The notes beneath the pieces are model-generated. The model was not told the DNA's origin. It made no database searches and was given only the letters and a program-made list of their open reading frames with translations. Positions 1-9,779 of a stretch of DNA of 64,000 nt are shown one piece after another. The DNA is from a virus. Every line of letters starts with the position of its first letter. Positions within the stretch are counted from its first letter, which is position 1. The position numbers were made by a program, and so were the translations under genes. The stretch lies in the IMG/VR virus record IMGVR_UViG_3300045988_176106, one strand, 5' to 3'.

Positions 1-51
1 TCACAGAAGCTTGAAGAGGAAAAAGATAAAGAGGTCCAAGAAGAGTCAGAG

Positions 52-414
52 ATGTCTCTTATAGTTAAAACATTAGCTATGCTTGAGGATGCTCCAACAG
101 AGGCAGATATTGAGAATTGGAAATCTCAATACGGAACAATACATATATCAACTATACTTAATGGATCAGATTTGTACTTGTGGCGCACCTTGCGTAGACA
201 AGAATATAAACAATTAATGAAAAGTGGATTCTTAAACGAAGTTCTTCGCGGAGAAGAAGCTATAGTTAAAAAATGTTTACTATATCCTAAACCAGACGAA
301 AAGTTTATGGCAACATCAAGCGCGGGTGTAGTATCATCACTAAAAGAACAGATAATGTACAAATCTTCATTTGTGCCAGAGTCTATAGCTTTAAGCCAAA
401 TAAAGGTTATATAA
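52..414 (+). CDS. hypothetical protein (possibly 5'-truncated by window edge)
   Basis: 120-aa ORF. The same frame is open from nt 1 (SQKLEEEKDKEVQEESE precedes the Met), so the true start may lie upstream of the window. No recognisable motif. Sits just before the giant virion proteins. Confidence 0.55.
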   Translation: MSLIVKTLAMLEDAPTEADIENWKSQYGTIHISTILNGSDLYLWRTLRRQEYKQLMKSGFLNEVLRGEEAIVKKCLLYPKPDEKFMATSSAGVVSSLKEQIMYKSSFVPESIALSQIKVI

Positions 415-415
415 T

Positions 416-946
416 ATGAATGCAATAGGTGTCAAATCAGGAAGCTTAATAATTCCATTTAACGATACTGATATAGAATTAGGTGGATATATCTATAGGA
501 ATCTTATAGTTATTGCAAGAATGCTTAACTCCGTAGAGCTACAAAGAATACTTATGATGGATCTCGAGAGGGGTTATGTAAGAGAAGAGCTATACGAGGA
601 TATATTTAGAGAATGCTATATATCAATTCCTGGAATAGTTGGAGATATAAATTTTGATGAGGCACCTGCTGGATTTATAACAACTGTCGCTAGTGTAATA
701 CTATCTAAATCATTAGAGTATTCTACTGACCCACAAAAGGCATTTGAAAGAGATAGAGAATCTGTGTCTTTATTAGATCAAATGGCTGCAATAGTTTCCA
801 GATATATGAACACTCCATACCTAGAAGTTGTAGAGCTTCCAGTAAATAAGTTATTTGAATTGTATGCAATATGTCATGCGACATATCCAGAGCATGTAAA
901 AGAAATAGTTGTAGAAGAACCACAAAACAATATTCCTCCGGTGTAA
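416..946 (+). CDS. hypothetical virion-module protein
   Basis: 176-aa ORF starting 1 nt after the previous stop. Tightly packed with the following giant protein gene. No diagnostic motif. Confidence 0.6.
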   Translation: MNAIGVKSGSLIIPFNDTDIELGGYIYRNLIVIARMLNSVELQRILMMDLERGYVREELYEDIFRECYISIPGIVGDINFDEAPAGFITTVASVILSKSLEYSTDPQKAFERDRESVSLLDQMAAIVSRYMNTPYLEVVELPVNKLFELYAICHATYPEHVKEIVVEEPQNNIPPV

Positions 947-948
947 TC

Positions 949-3900
949 ATGTCAGCACAAAATTTAGCAGCAAATATATTTGGTCGCAAAGTATTTGACG
1001 AAGGTATACAACCAGGGGATGTAAAATCCCCATATAATATGTATACTTCAGACGATGTAAATACGTATGAAGATATACAGGCTACAAAAGAAATTATAGG
1101 CTCTATAACAAAGTATGGATTATCAGCAGGTGCATTATTTACAGTAAAAGAGCTACTAAAAAGACAAAGCGCACAAAATAAGCTTAGAGACTATATAACT
1201 CTAAGTTATCTATCTGAATCAATTAACGGAACAGCAGATGATGCTGTACGAGCATACGGCGGGAGAGTCACCTTAACGAACTTAGCAATGAATACTGCTA
1301 GGGCGTTTGAGGAGCTCTCCCCTTTTTCTATTTTAAAGACATTCCAAACATCTCATATTATGCAGCCGTTTGCAACAAAAACTGGCGAGCATTTCTTCAC
1401 ACCAGAATTATTAAAGTACCAGAAAAAATATTTCGAAGAGCTTGCACATAAGTATGGCAATAGAGGTATAACATCCGCCGACATATCTACAGGCATATTA
1501 TATAAAGACGGCAAATTATTTTCATCTAGTGGTGAAGAAATAATAAGCAATGCAAGACTTGTTACATCTGAATGGACAGGACATACAGGTGGCCATGATG
1601 AAGGGTCAATGTATAACAAAATTTTAAGAAGACATATCTTGCGTCATCAAGATATGAGTGCACAGTCAAGAAAAGAAATATTTGATTTGTCTAAAAATAT
1701 ACTTGATACAGAGGCACCATTTACTGTTATAGCAGATACAAAAGACACAAATATTAATAAAGGCTGGATAAAATCTGTAATAGGCCAAGGTGTAGCACAA
1801 GGCTTTAACATGGTTAATGAACCATTAGGATTCGTTGAAGAACTTGGTGGCACATTATTCAATGAAAACAATAGCGTATTTAGATTTATAAATAAATATG
1901 GGAAAATAAATCCGCATGCAAATGCGGATATGAAAATAGCCGACTTGGCAGTTGGTTACGTTAGGCATGGCGCTGTTAAACTTGGGATACTTGGTGCGGC
2001 ATATTATACATTAGATAATATGGCCAAGGTAATTGGAACAAGTGGTAGTGGATATGATCAGGGTATAATAGAGGGCGTATCTACAACGGCTGTAAATGCA
2101 AAAATAGCATATGCTGAAATGGTGTCAGATAGATTCGAAGAGTATACTACACAACAAGAATATGTTGCACCAGGATCAACATCATTATTAAGATTAGCCG
2201 GGTTCCCATTAGTAGGAGCTATGCTTGCAGGTACGGTAGCATATAGTAAGCGTGTAGTTCCATCTGTATTATCAGATGAGGGATATAAAGCTGGACAAAG
2301 AATGGCCCATACACAGGGCGATGTAATAAGTTCTGGAGTTTCACAGCTTGTAAGTAACACATCTATAGAGTCTTCATTGGGTAGAATAGGAAATACCAAA
2401 AAATGGGCAATGAGAGGTGCTTTAGCTGGACTTGCATTAGCATTACCATTTTTACCTGGAGCACTAGCTGGTGAATCATCTGATTCAATAAAAGACAGAT
2501 ATCTGTACGGCGAAGATGTAGAACAAAGATCAAATGCATTATGGTTTTCAGGATCAACAGATATAGAAGGTGGAGGTATAAAATACTTCACTAAAAACTG
2601 GTATCAAAGACTGATGGCCGGGAATAAAGACAAAATATTATATGGAGATGGGGATACAAAAGAGGAGCTTAATCCTTTTCTAAATCCAATAGATTATCTA
2701 CAAAATCCGTATAGACTTGAAGAAATGCATCAGGATGATATGCCTTATCCAATATGGGGTATGGATGTATCTGTTGGCGGATGGGCCGGTAAAATATTTG
2801 AACGAACAATAGGTCAAATAATAAAACCGGACAGAATAAATCCAAATATGGCGCAGTTAATGGAAAATCCTAATTCAATAGATCAGGATTACTACGCTAG
2901 TGATGAAAATTCATATGCATTCGCTTATAACTTCGGGGATATAACAAGAAAGCCTAGTTTTGAAGTTCCAGTAAATTACTCAAATGTAGAACAGTCATTA
3001 ATAAACGATGACATGATAACAAAAAGGAAGAATTTAACATATTCTCCATATGCAGAATCAGCGCAATATATATATAATTCTGCATCAGACTATATAGGTC
3101 TTAAAGGATGGGCTATATCAGGAGCTCTAAGTGAATTTGCTGTTGGAGATTTTTCTCAAAAGGATCAATTAGCAAGATCAGGTGAATCAACAAATGTAGC
3201 AAGAGAGTTTGTAGAGCAAAACCTTGGTGGATTATTCGGCGCAGCAGATATACTTCGCCGTATAGTTCCAATGTCATCTAGCGTATTGTATGATAGAGCT
3301 AATCCATTACATAATAGCGTTGCTCCATCTTGGCTTCCAAGTGGAGAATATTATACAAACTTTTCAAAGGGTAATTATTATGGACATGTTGATCTAGGCT
3401 ACGATAGAATGCCTGGATTAGGATATGAATATTATAACCCAGAAGTAAAAGGTTTAAATCTAGAAGATTATCCTGATATACATAAATTTAAAGTATTATC
3501 AGATGTTGCATACGGTTCAAGTGAATTCTATAACGCAAAAGAGCTAATGGAGTCTAAATATAACTCTGGAGAGATGACGGAATCTGAAATAGTAATATAT
3601 GAGACTACATGGGATCAATTACAAAGACGTGCGCAAAAGAAAACATTTGCAGAGTATAAAACGGACGAAGATTATGACAATGTATCGGTTGGTGGGGAAC
3701 TTCTTGGCAAATTATGGGAAACAATAACACATAATGCAGAACTTCCAACAGAAAGGCTTACATTCTTTAGACCTGCCGGTAAACTATTACACCAAAGAAC
3801 AGCAATAGAGGATTATGAAAAGACTCAACTTATTGCATCTGATACAGCATTATGGAATGAACCATTCAAGCATTTTATAAGACCATTTATGGAGGAAAGT

Positions 3901-4773
3901 TATAAAACTTTCGATAAATCATATATTCCTGAGCATACTCAAGAAAAAAGAAATATAGATAATTACTTTGATGCATTAGAATACTATAAACAAATGAAGG
4001 TTTATAGAGAAAACGCTAAAGGTAATTTATTTATGGCAAATCAGGCCAAAGCTAAAGCATATAAAACAACATATGGTGCATTAGCATCAGGACTAGATTC
4101 TGAATCAGATGTAAGTTCTGCATATATGGGTTTATCTAGCGAAGAGAAACAATACTTTACTTCATTCGTTAATGCAAAAGATTCCGATAGAGAAAGAATA
4201 GCGTCTATTGTCGATGGTAATAATATATCAGAAATATACAAGATGTTATGGAGTAGGAAGGATGTTATAGAGTCCGGAGGAGATATATCAGAATATCTTC
4301 AAGATGAAGAGCAGCAACTTATACAAAGCAATCGTCAAGTATACAATGCTTATGAAAGAAGTGGAGATGCCGATATAGGCATATCATTTAGGGAATATCT
4401 ACAAGAAAAAAGAGCAGAGAAACTTATAGTAGATGCAACAGGTATGCCTGACGAAGAATTTGCAGGATGGGACCCAAGATTAAATGTAAAAGATATAAAA
4501 CTTAGAACATTAAATATTGGTGGAGAGAATGCAATAGAATTCGGATACTATCAGGATGACCAAGATGATCTAAAAAGACAATCGGCAATATTAGCAGAAG
4601 ATCAAGTAACTACTCAATTAAAATCTATAAGAAGAACAAAAGCTCAGCAAAGATTTGATACCTCAAATATGATAAAAGATGAATTATATCGTAATGGTAT
4701 AAGAGCAGTAAATGTAAATATAAGCAATAGTGGTCATGGTGATTTTGATATGACCGTATATAATAGGCAATAA
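949..4773 (+). CDS. giant virion protein 1 (tape-measure or ejection-protein-like), 1274 aa
   Basis: ORF-track ORF 871..4773 trimmed to the ATG at 949, 2 nt after the stop of the preceding gene. Gly/Ala-rich hydrophobic segments (LGILGAAYYTL, GFPLVGAMLAGTVAY, GALAGLALALPFLPGALAG) resemble tape-measure or internal virion proteins. Confidence 0.6.
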   Translation: MSAQNLAANIFGRKVFDEGIQPGDVKSPYNMYTSDDVNTYEDIQATKEIIGSITKYGLSAGALFTVKELLKRQSAQNKLRDYITLSYLSESINGTADDAVRAYGGRVTLTNLAMNTARAFEELSPFSILKTFQTSHIMQPFATKTGEHFFTPELLKYQKKYFEELAHKYGNRGITSADISTGILYKDGKLFSSSGEEIISNARLVTSEWTGHTGGHDEGSMYNKILRRHILRHQDMSAQSRKEIFDLSKNILDTEAPFTVIADTKDTNINKGWIKSVIGQGVAQGFNMVNEPLGFVEELGGTLFNENNSVFRFINKYGKINPHANADMKIADLAVGYVRHGAVKLGILGAAYYTLDNMAKVIGTSGSGYDQGIIEGVSTTAVNAKIAYAEMVSDRFEEYTTQQEYVAPGSTSLLRLAGFPLVGAMLAGTVAYSKRVVPSVLSDEGYKAGQRMAHTQGDVISSGVSQLVSNTSIESSLGRIGNTKKWAMRGALAGLALALPFLPGALAGESSDSIKDRYLYGEDVEQRSNALWFSGSTDIEGGGIKYFTKNWYQRLMAGNKDKILYGDGDTKEELNPFLNPIDYLQNPYRLEEMHQDDMPYPIWGMDVSVGGWAGKIFERTIGQIIKPDRINPNMAQLMENPNSIDQDYYASDENSYAFAYNFGDITRKPSFEVPVNYSNVEQSLINDDMITKRKNLTYSPYAESAQYIYNSASDYIGLKGWAISGALSEFAVGDFSQKDQLARSGESTNVAREFVEQNLGGLFGAADILRRIVPMSSSVLYDRANPLHNSVAPSWLPSGEYYTNFSKGNYYGHVDLGYDRMPGLGYEYYNPEVKGLNLEDYPDIHKFKVLSDVAYGSSEFYNAKELMESKYNSGEMTESEIVIYETTWDQLQRRAQKKTFAEYKTDEDYDNVSVGGELLGKLWETITHNAELPTERLTFFRPAGKLLHQRTAIEDYEKTQLIASDTALWNEPFKHFIRPFMEESYKTFDKSYIPEHTQEKRNIDNYFDALEYYKQMKVYRENAKGNLFMANQAKAKAYKTTYGALASGLDSESDVSSAYMGLSSEEKQYFTSFVNAKDSDRERIASIVDGNNISEIYKMLWSRKDVIESGGDISEYLQDEEQQLIQSNRQVYNAYERSGDADIGISFREYLQEKRAEKLIVDATGMPDEEFAGWDPRLNVKDIKLRTLNIGGENAIEFGYYQDDQDDLKRQSAILAEDQVTTQLKSIRRTKAQQRFDTSNMIKDELYRNGIRAVNVNISNSGHGDFDMTVYNRQ

Positions 4774-4775
4774 AT

Positions 4776-7700
4776 ATGGATCCAATTAAACAACCTAAAT
4801 TATTACTAGGTGGCGCAATAATAGGCGCTATGTCACAAGACCCAGAAGACCATCCAATAGCATCTGCATTAGGTATGGGAATAGGAGCTTATGTAGGTAA
4901 TTCACTGCAAATATCTAAAAGGGTATCTAGAGCTAGAAAAGAAATAGCAGACGATATATCATTTAACAGGGCTGACCTTTCTGGATACAGGGGATTGTCC
5001 AGAAGGGCAGCTAATAGGTTCGTAGATAAATTTGCTAGGAATGCAAAAGAAATGCATATGAATCTAAGTGCCCAAGCATATGCATCTCTAAATATAGGTA
5101 GATTTGGTAGTAACACAAGCAGTAGAGAAGCGCAGGTTGCTCTGTCTGAAATGCATAAACTTACACAACAAGGTATGCAGTCATACAAAGAGGCCGTAAA
5201 AAGAAACTTCTCAATGATATATGGACAAGATATAACATCTGTTATTGGCAATGATTTGTTCGACAATATATTTGAGTCATGGTTAAACAATAAAAACCTT
5301 GAGCAGATAAAACAAACATTGCCTACCCATATAAAAGATAAAAATGTGTTATCTGCTCTACTTAGCTCTTCAATGCCTAATGCAATAACGGGCGTATTAG
5401 ATGCAGAAACTGGACTCCTTATCCCTACATCTAGCCTACAAAAACTAAACCTTTCTAGTGTACCAGAAACAAACTTTAATAGAGGTAAATCTCTTGATCT
5501 AAGTATAAGTGCAACATCAGAACAAAAGACTGGTGCAATAAAAGAATATCTTGTAAAAGAACTTAATTATCCTGAAATAGAGGCATTTAGAGTAGCCTCA
5601 AATATAGGTAATAATACTGAAAACAGCAAGATAAGCTTTGAAGGTAATAAGATAAGTATAACAAAAGATGGTGTTACTGGCTCATTACATATGGAAGAGT
5701 ACAGTAAAGATGGATCTAAATTTGTATCTAAGGGCGGGAATATATATTCTGCTGAATCATATAATCAATTCCAGCTTCTTGGCGACAGTACAAAAGTAAA
5801 AGGCAATATATATACAAATACAAGTGGACCATTTTCATCATCATCTCCAGAAGTAAAATCACAAGTATTTACTCCTGTAGAGTCAATGCTATTTGAACAC
5901 TTAAATACAAATAAATCTCTTGAAGAGGTATCTAAGAAATTTTCTGACAGAATAGAATATATAGGTCCTAAAACAGATTTAGTAAAACTATCTGATATGC
6001 CTATAAAAAATAAACTTACTAATATAAGTGAACAATTTTACCGTAATGATATAACAAGAGAGATACAGGGTATAAGATCAATTAATGCAGAAGAGTATAA
6101 AAATATTATTGAAAATATAGAAATAGATAGGATGAGAAATGGCCTTAATCCTGGATTCAATAATATAAGACACTCTGACCAGGCAAAAGTGTTTATGGGT
6201 GATAATAATAAATCCGTATATACCGGCATAGTGTCATCTCCTGATCGTGATGCTACATATGCATCACGAGGAAATATATCTGTATCTGGTGATAATAGCG
6301 AGCTAAATAGAGCTGTTAAGGAATTATCAAATAGTGGTGTAGATGCATCATCATTTAATGGTGTTAAAAGTATAGGATTTAACGCTGTTGGATATGATTA
6401 CAACTATAGCTTAGGAAGCTGGGTAACTGGTACTGCTATAGGCGACGGCCAATCAATAATACAAGAGTCAGATTATACCGTTAGAAAAGCAACAACTATA
6501 TCACTTGGCAACAAAGATTTTGTAGCATCTAGTGATGCAGCAGAAAAGATACAGTCACTTATAAACGGTACAAATGAGGGACCGGTTACATTCAAAGGTG
6601 GAGAACTTTTAGGTTTTTCAAATGGCGAAGAAGTAAGGGCACCTAGACATTTTGAAACAGTAGAATTATCACAAGTAGTAAACTCTGCAGGAAAATATAA
6701 ACTAATTGGTGCCGGCACATCATCTCTATCAAACAATGATGACAACATTGTAAAACTATTCGGAGATCTTAAATCTAATGCAATCGTATTGGATAAACAT
6801 TCTTATAGAAAAGCCATGTACGGATATGCAATGTCAGAACTTGGACTTGTATCAGCAGATACTTCAAACGGGCTTAAGTTTTCTATAAATAAGTTTAGCG
6901 AAATAGGTAAGAATAATTTTCACGCTTTAGTAACTGGACTTATGGCTGCAGATGAAGAGCTGGGAAATACAGGAGAAGGAACTAAAAAATTCTTCGATAG
7001 ACTTCTAAACCTTGTAGACACATCTGATAATAGCAATGCTAGAAGAATACGAGAATATCTTGAAAATAATTCTAGTATAAATTTTGGCGCACAATGGATG
7101 GTTAGAGGATCTGACACGAAAATAGGTTCACAGATATCTGAAGCAGATAGGGCTATTAGAAAGTATAGATTTAGCCCTGATCAAGATACCCTAAAGAATA
7201 TAGTAAATAGAATAGTTGATTCTACAGAATTAGATTCCGAAGGCAGAATAAGTCCAGCAGGAAGAGAATTCGCTAGAATCAAAAAAGAAATAGACGTTTC
7301 TGGTAAGGTTAGTGATGCTAACCAATCTAAACTTATAGGTGCTATATTCGCAAACAATGCGATGTCAGATGGTAAATCGTCTCAAACAGCAATGTCTACA
7401 ATGATAGACATGATAAGTAAAATTGGCTCACAAGCTAACTCTACTGTAAAATTAAATCTTGCCGGGGTTGATATAGATGTAGATCCTAATAATATAGAAA
7501 AAAGTATAGCTAAATATATCAAAGAATCATCATCAAGAATGATTGACTATTCAAATGGCAGAATAAGTCCAGATGATATGTTTAAATCATTACAAGATGA
7601 TTTTTCATCATTATATGGAACTATAAGAAAAAATAATAGGACTGCATTAGGTATGAGTTCATTTGGTGTATTACAAGAGGGCACAAGGGAACTTACAGGT

Positions 7701-9770
7701 TCTAATACTGTAAAAGCAACTATGGACTGGATGGCATCAGATCAACTTAGAGCAGCTGGACTATCTATGGAGTCATTAGAATTACTTGGCGAAGCAAATG
7801 AAGATGCTAGATATGAGCTAAGGTCTAGGAAACTACAAACAATGGTCGAAGGACAAAGTATAGATTCTATATTTGGAGATGATCCTAAGGCTATAAGAGA
7901 CTTATTCGAATCTAGAAATAGAGAAGAATTTGCTGCTAAACATCTGAGAGATCTCGTAAACAATGATGGGGTTGCATCTGTTAAATTAGTAGTTCCAGAT
8001 GGAATGTCATCTAAAAAGATAGGATTAAAATCTTTATCTATAAATCTCCTGAACAGTGATAATAGCGGTATAAAAGATATAAATGGATCAGACGTTATGG
8101 CTGATATAGATAAGCTAAAACGTAATACCCTAGTGTCAATGATGGAATATCAAAGAGCTATCAGAGATGGCGAAAACCAAAGGTATATAGATATAGCAAA
8201 AGAATCATATCTAAAGGATCTTGAAGAACTTAAGGCAAAATTAAAATCTACCAATACTACAGTAGCAAAAGCTGCCACAAGAAGAACTGCCAGAAATGGT
8301 GTTACTGCAACTGCAATTTCTTTAACAGGCGCTGCAGAAATTATAAGGGCAGAAGAGGAGAAAGCTGGACGTAATGCTGTATTCTTAAATGAAGAGACTG
8401 CTAGAGCATTAGGATTTAAACTAAACAGAAAATCTAAATCTCCGTATGAAATAAAAAATAGTTTAGGCTTAGTAATACGTACACCTGCATCAAGTTCATT
8501 AAGTGCACAGGCTGTAACATTCTTTGTTGATCCATCTATAAAGCAAAATGGTACAGTTATATCTATGGGCGAAAACCAGTTAGCATCAGCATCTGGGGAC
8601 CTTGATGATGACAAAATACATGTATTTAGAGCAGACGATATAAATAACCCTAAATTAAATAAAGAATTAAGAAACTTGATGAGATTACAAAATGATATAT
8701 TTGTAAATGAAAAAGAGTTCTTAAAAACATTTAATACAAAAATGGCGGAGATGGAACAATATGGAGTTGTAAATCCTTTAAAGTCTGGAGCAAAAACTGT
8801 TGCAGAAGATCAATTCCAGGAAAATATACTTAAACAGGTTAAATCTCAGCAACGTAAATTTAGTGCTGCTGAGATAACCGAGTTCCAACAGCTACTATCT
8901 CAATCAATAGAAAGTAAAAGAAGAGCTGACTTATCTGAAGCTGTAAAAGTATTAGGGATTGATGATCCTGCTAGGAAAGTTATAGAAGATTCTATTAATA
9001 AAAGAGCATTTATGGCTCAGGCTGTAGCCGGAGCAATGCAAGAGAACGTACTTAAAACTGTTCGTTCTGGATCAAATGCGAATTCATTATTAGAAACTAT
9101 AGCATCCATGAGGGAATCTGCAGGTAGTAGTAGGTTTGCATCATATAGCCAAATAGGTGAATGGGTAAAAGGTGTAACCCCTGAAATATTTAACGGCGCA
9201 GAACACTTTGTCGATATTGGTAATTTTATAGGAGATGCAGTATCCACATATGGCGCTGATATAACTCTAAATAATCCAAATATGGTTGGTTCTAAATATA
9301 CTGGTAAACAGGCTGATAAAATAGAGGCAGCAATACCTAGAATACCAAAAACAGTGGCAAGAGAAGCAGATATTAGCCAAGAAGTATTGTCAAAAGCTGC
9401 AACTAATGCTACTATTGATACTGCTACTGATATAGGAAATCAAATTATTTCAACTATAAAAGCTAACAAGAAATCAATACTCTTAGGTGGATTAGGATTA
9501 GGAATAGTAGGATTAACAGTTGGGGCAGAGTCACCAAGTACAACCTCTCCAATGTATAATTCTCCTACTGCAAGAACAAATCCTACATTGCCAGTAATAG
9601 AAAACAATTCTGCATACATAACAGATGGCGCACAGGCACAATCTGTATCAGTTGCCGGATATCAAATAGATAATAGAAGTAACGACAGATTGAAGCAGTC
9701 ATTAAGAAGTATGCTTCAAGGTGATTCTGTGTCAAGAAGTACAATTAGGTTCCAGAATCAAAATTATTAG
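4776..9770 (+). CDS. giant virion protein 2, 1664 aa, C-terminal membrane-like segment
   Basis: Uninterrupted 1664-aa ORF starting 2 nt after the previous stop. Hydrophobic stretch ILLGGLGLGIVGLTVGA near the C terminus. No enzymatic motif recognised. Confidence 0.6.
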   Translation: MDPIKQPKLLLGGAIIGAMSQDPEDHPIASALGMGIGAYVGNSLQISKRVSRARKEIADDISFNRADLSGYRGLSRRAANRFVDKFARNAKEMHMNLSAQAYASLNIGRFGSNTSSREAQVALSEMHKLTQQGMQSYKEAVKRNFSMIYGQDITSVIGNDLFDNIFESWLNNKNLEQIKQTLPTHIKDKNVLSALLSSSMPNAITGVLDAETGLLIPTSSLQKLNLSSVPETNFNRGKSLDLSISATSEQKTGAIKEYLVKELNYPEIEAFRVASNIGNNTENSKISFEGNKISITKDGVTGSLHMEEYSKDGSKFVSKGGNIYSAESYNQFQLLGDSTKVKGNIYTNTSGPFSSSSPEVKSQVFTPVESMLFEHLNTNKSLEEVSKKFSDRIEYIGPKTDLVKLSDMPIKNKLTNISEQFYRNDITREIQGIRSINAEEYKNIIENIEIDRMRNGLNPGFNNIRHSDQAKVFMGDNNKSVYTGIVSSPDRDATYASRGNISVSGDNSELNRAVKELSNSGVDASSFNGVKSIGFNAVGYDYNYSLGSWVTGTAIGDGQSIIQESDYTVRKATTISLGNKDFVASSDAAEKIQSLINGTNEGPVTFKGGELLGFSNGEEVRAPRHFETVELSQVVNSAGKYKLIGAGTSSLSNNDDNIVKLFGDLKSNAIVLDKHSYRKAMYGYAMSELGLVSADTSNGLKFSINKFSEIGKNNFHALVTGLMAADEELGNTGEGTKKFFDRLLNLVDTSDNSNARRIREYLENNSSINFGAQWMVRGSDTKIGSQISEADRAIRKYRFSPDQDTLKNIVNRIVDSTELDSEGRISPAGREFARIKKEIDVSGKVSDANQSKLIGAIFANNAMSDGKSSQTAMSTMIDMISKIGSQANSTVKLNLAGVDIDVDPNNIEKSIAKYIKESSSRMIDYSNGRISPDDMFKSLQDDFSSLYGTIRKNNRTALGMSSFGVLQEGTRELTGSNTVKATMDWMASDQLRAAGLSMESLELLGEANEDARYELRSRKLQTMVEGQSIDSIFGDDPKAIRDLFESRNREEFAAKHLRDLVNNDGVASVKLVVPDGMSSKKIGLKSLSINLLNSDNSGIKDINGSDVMADIDKLKRNTLVSMMEYQRAIRDGENQRYIDIAKESYLKDLEELKAKLKSTNTTVAKAATRRTARNGVTATAISLTGAAEIIRAEEEKAGRNAVFLNEETARALGFKLNRKSKSPYEIKNSLGLVIRTPASSSLSAQAVTFFVDPSIKQNGTVISMGENQLASASGDLDDDKIHVFRADDINNPKLNKELRNLMRLQNDIFVNEKEFLKTFNTKMAEMEQYGVVNPLKSGAKTVAEDQFQENILKQVKSQQRKFSAAEITEFQQLLSQSIESKRRADLSEAVKVLGIDDPARKVIEDSINKRAFMAQAVAGAMQENVLKTVRSGSNANSLLETIASMRESAGSSRFASYSQIGEWVKGVTPEIFNGAEHFVDIGNFIGDAVSTYGADITLNNPNMVGSKYTGKQADKIEAAIPRIPKTVAREADISQEVLSKAATNATIDTATDIGNQIISTIKANKKSILLGGLGLGIVGLTVGAESPSTTSPMYNSPTARTNPTLPVIENNSAYITDGAQAQSVSVAGYQIDNRSNDRLKQSLRSMLQGDSVSRSTIRFQNQNY

Positions 9771-9779
9771 GAATAAGAA

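Noticed and set aside
52-946. Programmed -1 frameshift (G/GT-type tail chaperone pair) upstream of the giant proteins
   Set aside because: The two ORFs do not overlap (stop at 414, ATG at 416), and I saw no slippery heptamer near the junction.
871-948. N-terminal extension of giant protein 1 (ORF-track start at 871)
   Set aside because: It would overlap the preceding gene by 76 nt and encodes a Cys/Arg-rich peptide. The ATG at 949 lies 2 nt after the upstream stop, matching the packing seen elsewhere.
2058-2591. 177-aa minus-strand ORF inside giant protein gene 1. Similar antisense ORFs occur at 126-425, 1353-1619, 4889-5290, 8150-8614, 23264-23914, 24362-24871, 25007-25348, 27268-27660, 29821-30189, 38019-38366 and 39293-39760.
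   Set aside because: Each is fully embedded antisense in a long, well-supported plus-strand ORF. They have low-complexity S/P/I-rich translations, no start context and no motifs. They are best explained as by-products of biased composition.
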